From Roseibacillus sp. (GTDB taxonomy: Bacteria > Verrucomicrobiota > Verrucomicrobiia > Verrucomicrobiales > Akkermansiaceae), in the NCBI GenBank assembly GCA_051251855.1, contig JBPOGI010000001.1:160001-224000 (forward strand): a stretch of DNA of 64,000 bases. The letters are read 5' to 3'. The notes under the pieces are model-generated. The model worked only from the letters and a program-made list of their open reading frames with translations, had not been told where the DNA came from and did not search any database. The translations under genes were made by a program, and so were the position numbers. Position 1 is the stretch's first letter; every line of letters starts with the position of its first letter. Shown one piece after another: positions 58,657 through 64,000 of this stretch.

Positions 58657-59610
58657 ATGAGTGCTTCTCCATTTCGTACAACAACAGGACCTTTTATCGA
58701 GGTTCCTGTTCCTGTTGCTCCTTCCTCTCTCTCTGAGGCGAAAAGGGATCTGGAGGATGTGCCATTCGAGGCAGATATCCACGAGTTCCCCGCCCGAGAG
58801 CAAAGTCAGTTTTCCACTGCGCCCAAGGCGAATCGACACGGATGGCTCAGCCGCCTTTTCGCTGGGCGTGCCGAGCGCCGGTTGCGCGAAGAGATGTTGA
58901 AAGCTGAGCTGCAAGACCTCCGAGCGAGCTATGCGGGTCTCTTGCACTCTACTGAAGACATTCGCGAGCAGTTTGAAGCGGAGAAAGAAGAGCGAAAAGG
59001 GGTGGCAAAGGCTTTAAGTCCGTTCCCTGCGGCCGTGGCGGGGATTGAGAATTTACAAACTCGTCAGGAGGAGGCGGGTGAAATTTTGAGCACGATTCGT
59101 GAGCGCCTGGATTCTACCGTGAATCGTGACGAGTCTCTCTTATCGGCAATGGACTCGGTCCACGGGGGAGTGGGTAAACTTCAGACCGAAGTTGGAGCCG
59201 TGAACGTTGGAGTAGAGAAGGTGACTGAAGTTGTTTCGGGAATTGCGGAAGGACAGATCGAGGTGGGCGCGAGTATAGAGAATTTTGATAAGAAGATGGA
59301 GCTCCGTTTCGAGGAGGCAGCCACTTCGGCTCAGGTGAATGTCGAGCGCATGGAGCAGTCGGGCGACGAGGTGTTGCAGGTACTTCGTCAAATGGAGCGC
59401 AATAGCCAGCGAGGTCTCTGGATCTTTGCGAGTTTGTTAGCGATTCTGTTTGTTGCTCTCATTTGTTTCTCTGCAAACGTGAATCGCCTGACTTCTTCAG
59501 CAGTGGTTGAACCTGTATCTGCGCCAGTGACAGCTCCTGCAGTAGTGGAAGAGTCCTTGATTCCTTCAGAGCCTGTCGCGCAGGTTTTGGAAGACGATTT
59601 CGAGTTCTAG
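58657..59610 (+). CDS. Coiled-coil protein with C-terminal TM
   Basis: Long ORF, heptad pattern, TM LWIFASLLAILFVALICF; start uncertain. Confidence 0.7.
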   Translation: MSASPFRTTTGPFIEVPVPVAPSSLSEAKRDLEDVPFEADIHEFPAREQSQFSTAPKANRHGWLSRLFAGRAERRLREEMLKAELQDLRASYAGLLHSTEDIREQFEAEKEERKGVAKALSPFPAAVAGIENLQTRQEEAGEILSTIRERLDSTVNRDESLLSAMDSVHGGVGKLQTEVGAVNVGVEKVTEVVSGIAEGQIEVGASIENFDKKMELRFEEAATSAQVNVERMEQSGDEVLQVLRQMERNSQRGLWIFASLLAILFVALICFSANVNRLTSSAVVEPVSAPVTAPAVVEESLIPSEPVAQVLEDDFEF

Positions 59611-59614
59611 GTCG

Positions 59615-60460
59615 TTATCTTTTTAAGGCGGAGCGGATGAGTTCCCTTTGTTTTTGAGCCTGCCTTTGAACGGTTTCCTTGTAACCGCTGGCTGCGCTTC
59701 TGTGATGGACTGATTGAGAGCCTCTCGGGGAGGGTTTGCGCTGGGTTCTTTGAGTGGGGGGTGGGCTCGAAGCGGAAGAGTTCTGATTTTGTCTAGAGGG
59801 TCTCGAATGTTGCTGTTCACAGCCTTCACTATCGCGTGTTTTGTTGTTTGAGATGAGATGGTGGGCGTTGTGGATATTAATGAGCTTTTGTTGCTTGCTC
59901 TCTTTCCTTCGGTGTTGCTCAGCATTTTTCAGGGATGCGAGTTCTTCTCGGCGGCGCTGTTGTTCCCTCATGAGCCATTGGGTCTCCATGGCTGCTTGTT
60001 GAGCCTTCTCATGAGCGAGATCCGCTTGGGCTTCTTGAGCTTTTGCGGTGGCGAGCATGAGTTGGTTGCGAATTTTCTCCCGTTCGATTTGGCGTTTTTG
60101 TTCCTCACTATGTTTCTCGATTTGGGCAAGCTCCTGCGCTTTTTGCTTGGAAGCGGCGAGAGCTTCACGCTTTCTGAGGGCCTCTGCGTGAACGCGCTGC
60201 TGGACGAGACGCTCGGCCACTCCGAGTTGGATCACTTGTCGATAGTGTTCGAGGGCTCGGTTCTCGATGGCGCTGAGAAGAGGGCTAGAGGTTTCTTTAG
60301 CTTCAAGGGCTTCTTCTTTGGGTGCTTCTTGAACAGGGGAACTTGGGGGCGAGAGGGTCTGGAGGACGGTCTCTTTTTCTTGAGGAAAATCGAATTGCCA
60401 AGCAGCACCTCCAAGGAATGCGAAAGCTCCCACTAACCCGAATTTCGCGAACGACTTCAT
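59615..60460 (-). CDS. Exported coiled-coil hypothetical protein
   Basis: Signal-like N-terminus, Q/E/K-rich helix, disordered tail. Confidence 0.6.
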   Translation of the reverse strand: MKSFAKFGLVGAFAFLGGAAWQFDFPQEKETVLQTLSPPSSPVQEAPKEEALEAKETSSPLLSAIENRALEHYRQVIQLGVAERLVQQRVHAEALRKREALAASKQKAQELAQIEKHSEEQKRQIEREKIRNQLMLATAKAQEAQADLAHEKAQQAAMETQWLMREQQRRREELASLKNAEQHRRKESKQQKLINIHNAHHLISNNKTRDSEGCEQQHSRPSRQNQNSSASSPPPTQRTQRKPSPRGSQSVHHRSAASGYKETVQRQAQKQRELIRSALKR

Positions 60461-60681
60461 TAGGGATAAAACGAGGACGTCTTGCCCGTTATTCAGATAA
60501 ATTTGGTACTAGCTGGTCTCGATTTTTTCGGAATGGCTGTTAAGAAACTCAGCCTTCCCAAGGCAGTTGGGACCTGTAAACTTCAGTCGTTGGGCTTTAG
60601 GCTGGACGGGGAACGTGGCGGGACCGTCTTAATCTGCGGACGACCAAAGACGAGTCTCCTGGTTGGATTGAGCAGTGCTTT

Positions 60682-61332
60682 CTAAAGTTGGCTGAAGACC
60701 TTCTCGATGGGGTATCTCACTTTGGCGAGTTCAGCGTATTTGTCCTCGGAAGAACGATAGCCAAGAGCGCAGCAGACGCTCGCTGTGAGATTCTTGGATG
60801 GGAGGTCGAGGATCTCATTATATTTCTCGGGAACAAAGCCTTCGATGGGGCAGGAGTCGACACCAAGGAGGGCGGCGGCATCCATGAGTCGTTGGAGGGC
60901 GAGGTAGGTCTGACGCTGGCTCCATTGCACTCGTTCGGCAGGAGTGAGCTGAGTGATGAAGTCTACGACGACGTCTTGGTAGCCTTGGAGGCTCTCTTTG
61001 GTGACGCCGCGTTGTTCGGCTGTGGAAGAGATGAATTCTTCAACGAAAGGGACTTCAATATCAGTGCGGGTGCAGAGGACGATATAGTGTGAGCAATCAG
61101 TGACCTGCTTCTGGCCCCATGTGTGCGGAAGAAGTTGTTCTTTGAGCTCAGCTGATTTAATGTGGATAAAGTGCCAAGGTTGAAGCCCGAATGAGGAAGG
61201 GCTGAGTTGCATGGACTCTTGGAGGGTGGTCCAAGTGTCTTCGGCGAGAGCGCGGCTGCTATCGAATGCTTTGGTGGCGTACCGCCCGTTGAAGGCGCTG
61301 AGGAGTTGATCGTTGGTGAGAGTGGGTGTCAT
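60682..61332 (-). CDS. Nitroreductase (NfsB-like NAD(P)H oxidoreductase)
   Basis: RYATKAFD, SPSSFGLQPW, VDSCPIEGF, ALGYR. Confidence 0.92.
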   Translation of the reverse strand: MTPTLTNDQLLSAFNGRYATKAFDSSRALAEDTWTTLQESMQLSPSSFGLQPWHFIHIKSAELKEQLLPHTWGQKQVTDCSHYIVLCTRTDIEVPFVEEFISSTAEQRGVTKESLQGYQDVVVDFITQLTPAERVQWSQRQTYLALQRLMDAAALLGVDSCPIEGFVPEKYNEILDLPSKNLTASVCCALGYRSSEDKYAELAKVRYPIEKVFSQL

Positions 61333-61338
61333 GTGAAT

Positions 61339-63810
61339 TTAGTTGTCGATGCTAAGTGGAAGAGAAAGTGATGGGAATTCGGTTAAAGTGAATCCAAAAA
61401 GGACGCCGTATTCCTTTTCGTCAGAGTTATCTCGACTGAATACGCCCATAGTGAAGGCCCACGAATCGAGGTTGCGGTGAAGGGAGTATTGTTGGAACTC
61501 GAGGGAGTTGTCCGCAAATTCCCAACGTTGGGTGGCTCCGATTCCCCACTCTTCATTGACGCGATGATAGGCTCGAAGTTGTAGGCGGTTGGAATCGTTG
61601 AGGATGGGGTGATCTTGCAGAAATCGGTGGCTGATAGCTAGTTCGGTATTGGCGCCGGGCATAAAGGTGAGGCCAGTCGCTACTTCGGTAAAGTTTGAGT
61701 CGGAGAAGAGGGGGACTTGAGTCTCGACGGTGAGATCGAGCCAAGGGAGTGGAGACCAGTGAAGGTCTGTGTAGAGATTGGAGACTGAGCGCCCGAATTC
61801 AGGGTCTTCTCCAAAGATGTCGATGTAGGTATCTAGGGAAAGCCACTGATGGCTGGAGTTGTCTCGCTTGGTGAGAAGTTGGTTGCGCACTCCTAAGCGC
61901 AAAATTTGCCAGTCGGTAAGATCGTCGGTGGCGGCGAAGCGCCCGGGTTGAAGAGCGCGAGGGCGAGTGGAGGCGGTGAGTCGCTCGATGGGGCGGAGCA
62001 TCGCATCCAAATCGTCAGTTTTGAGAATTGTAGCTGTGGCGTAGGGTTGCAGGACATGAAGGGCTGAGTTCAGCCCCCACTTTTCTGAGACCCATTCTGG
62101 ATAGCGTTTTGTAAACTTGAGCGAGGCATCGATGGAAGCGTGGAAATGATTGCGGCTGAATGAGTCGAGGGGGCCTTGCACGTCTTGATAGCTGGTGTGT
62201 CCTGCTCCGATTCGCGGGATGAGGTGGAGTCCTGAGTCGAGTTTGAGGGGGAGGGAAAGTTCTTGGTAGGTGTGAAAGCGAGCAAAGCCGGTATCCGCAA
62301 GAAGTCCTTGAATGGTCCGACGTCGGTCAGCAGTGGTGGTAGGGCTATCGAATTCGTCTCGGAGATTTTCTTCGGTAAAGTCGGCGAGTTCTTCTCGATA
62401 AAGGCCTATCGTACTATTGCTTTCGTGTAGAATAGGGGAGCCGAAAAGAGGACGCCGTATTTGGTCAAATGCGATCTCTGGAAAACGCTGATCGGATTGA
62501 TAAAAGTCATTGAGTCGGAAGCGGGTCCAAGCGGTGAGGAGATGGTTTTCTCGCCAGCTTTGGGTGAGGGAAAGAGTGTTGTCGGGGTGGAAGTCTGTCG
62601 TGAAGTCTTGGGTGCGAAAGTCCTCTAAAAAATATCGATCGGAAAGTAGAGTGGCATTGATGTCTACGTGGCCTTCCGCTCCAGGGAGCCAATCAGCTTT
62701 TGCTCGTTGGCGGGCCTGCAGTCGAAAGCGCTCGTTTTGGTCAAAGTTAAGCCGTGGTTCAGCGGAGCGCTTCTCGGAGGGATCGAAGTCATAGATGAAG
62801 TAGCCCGAGATCCAGCCAAGGTTGGGGTTCTCTTTTTGGGAGTATGAGTCTGCGTCCAAGCCCAAGCCGAGACCCCGACGAGTGTAGATATCGCCATGCC
62901 AAGTGAGCTCGTGGGTTGGCTCGGTGCGTATTCCGGTCTGAGGGTCAAGAATGCCGCCGTAGTCGTGGGTATACTGATTGAGTAGGTAGGGGCCCCAGTT
63001 AGAGCGCATACCTGGGGTGGGGCGGTAGTTGAGTTCACCATCAAACTTTTGCGAAAGTCCTGGTAGCCATAGGATTGGTCGGCCTCCGGCATAGAGTTTA
63101 AGGTTGCGAAAGCGAACGCGGTCGTCTGGGATAATCGTGATTTCTTCGGCCCGCAGCCAATAGTTGGGGTTGGCGACATCGTGGGTGGTGACTCCAGCGT
63201 TAGTTCCTTTGTAGTAGTTGCCTTTGTCGCTTTCGATGACTTTGAATTTTCCTGATTCTAAAAGGATAGGAGCGAAGGAGGTGCGGAGGTTGTTTGTCTC
63301 CATTCTACGGGATTTATAGTAGTAAGTGGCGGACTCTCCGCGGTGAAGGGCTGTCCCTTGATAAGCGGAGACATTGCCGCTAAAGGTGATGCTCTCGGTG
63401 GCTTCATTAATTTGGGCTTTGTCAGCGAAGATCTCGATACCGTTGGTGGAGCGGAGTTCAACATCGTTAAAGAAGGTGACGTTGGAGCCCGATTCTTCCC
63501 CGAACTCGACGCGAATTCTCTTCGAGCGAATGGTGTCGCCTACATCGGTTCTGACTTTGACGCCTCCTTTGCTGCTCACCACCATATTCCCGGTCTCTTC
63601 CGAGGTGGTAAGTGTGGGCTGATTGAGGGTGGAGGTGAATCCATCCGGCATGAAACCAGTGGGGGTGATTAAGCCGTCGGTAAGAGATGGGGAGTTCTCG
63701 ACAGGGGCTAGTGTGGGGGTTGTTTGAGAGGGGGGCTTGGTGTTGGTCTGCGCCGGCAGATACGAGCTACCTAGTAGTAGCAAGATAAGCAGGCGTTGAC
63801 CGATTCGCAT
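61339..63810 (-). CDS. lptD: LPS-assembly outer membrane protein LptD
   Basis: Signal peptide, OstA-like N-terminal beta region, long beta-barrel, LSDRYFLEDF. Confidence 0.75.
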   Translation of the reverse strand: MRIGQRLLILLLLGSSYLPAQTNTKPPSQTTPTLAPVENSPSLTDGLITPTGFMPDGFTSTLNQPTLTTSEETGNMVVSSKGGVKVRTDVGDTIRSKRIRVEFGEESGSNVTFFNDVELRSTNGIEIFADKAQINEATESITFSGNVSAYQGTALHRGESATYYYKSRRMETNNLRTSFAPILLESGKFKVIESDKGNYYKGTNAGVTTHDVANPNYWLRAEEITIIPDDRVRFRNLKLYAGGRPILWLPGLSQKFDGELNYRPTPGMRSNWGPYLLNQYTHDYGGILDPQTGIRTEPTHELTWHGDIYTRRGLGLGLDADSYSQKENPNLGWISGYFIYDFDPSEKRSAEPRLNFDQNERFRLQARQRAKADWLPGAEGHVDINATLLSDRYFLEDFRTQDFTTDFHPDNTLSLTQSWRENHLLTAWTRFRLNDFYQSDQRFPEIAFDQIRRPLFGSPILHESNSTIGLYREELADFTEENLRDEFDSPTTTADRRRTIQGLLADTGFARFHTYQELSLPLKLDSGLHLIPRIGAGHTSYQDVQGPLDSFSRNHFHASIDASLKFTKRYPEWVSEKWGLNSALHVLQPYATATILKTDDLDAMLRPIERLTASTRPRALQPGRFAATDDLTDWQILRLGVRNQLLTKRDNSSHQWLSLDTYIDIFGEDPEFGRSVSNLYTDLHWSPLPWLDLTVETQVPLFSDSNFTEVATGLTFMPGANTELAISHRFLQDHPILNDSNRLQLRAYHRVNEEWGIGATQRWEFADNSLEFQQYSLHRNLDSWAFTMGVFSRDNSDEKEYGVLFGFTLTEFPSLSLPLSIDN

Positions 63811-63937
63811 GGCGGGTAGCCTTCAATGTCTTGATGATAACGTAAAGCCCTCGATACGACTTGCGGGAGATTGACAAAGTTAGCCGTTGTAAAATGATTA
63901 AGTGATATTAAGAAGTTGTCGGGAAGAAGTTTATTAA

Positions 63938-64000
63938 ATGAATTACAATCAACGTCTTAGCTTTACTCTTTTCTCGGTGTGCACTGCAGTATCAGCTGGT
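63938..64000 (+). CDS. N-terminus of a probable exported protein (partial)
   Basis: MNYNQRLSFTLFSVCTAVSAG, open to the window edge. Confidence 0.4.
   Translation, partial: MNYNQRLSFTLFSVCTAVSAG

Noticed and set aside
63871..63900. TTGACA sigma70 promoter
   Set aside because: The nearest -10-like box (TAAAAT) is only 13 nt away, so the spacing does not support it.

Overview
A gene-dense window from a bacterial chromosome. The gene repertoire and protein styles suggest Verrucomicrobiota (Roseibacillus/Luteolibacter-like); this is my inference. Most of it is core genes: lipB, ruvC, recG, nusB, ribH, ribF, cysS, hemB, cimA, gltB, truB, hisG, lptD, trkH, tatD and khpB/jag. It also holds a Bat/VWA cluster lacking MoxR, a pilT pair, an ECF sigma/anti-sigma/signal peptidase operon and several secreted hypothetical proteins. 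I found no rRNA, tRNA, CRISPR array or transposase. Features not in the ORF track: (1) a 202-bp MITE with 30-bp terminal inverted repeats and a TTA target duplication, inserted into the loop of a palindrome (55653-55854); (2) a candidate structured ncRNA between convergent genes (~47860-48030); (3) an unlisted 34-aa bS22/AURKAIP1-like ribosomal protein (55992-56096); (4) an unlisted 58-aa ORF coupled to a nucleotidyltransferase gene broken by an in-frame TGA (12357-12990); (5) a tandem duplication of a lipoprotein + coiled-coil gene pair whose first copy is decaying (1435-4105); (6) CGC[A/G]GAG repeat clusters beside both accessory insertions; (7) candidate sigma54 and ECF promoters; (8) a three-gene secreted-protein operon of unknown function (32411-34945). 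All calls are by eye; no database searches were run.
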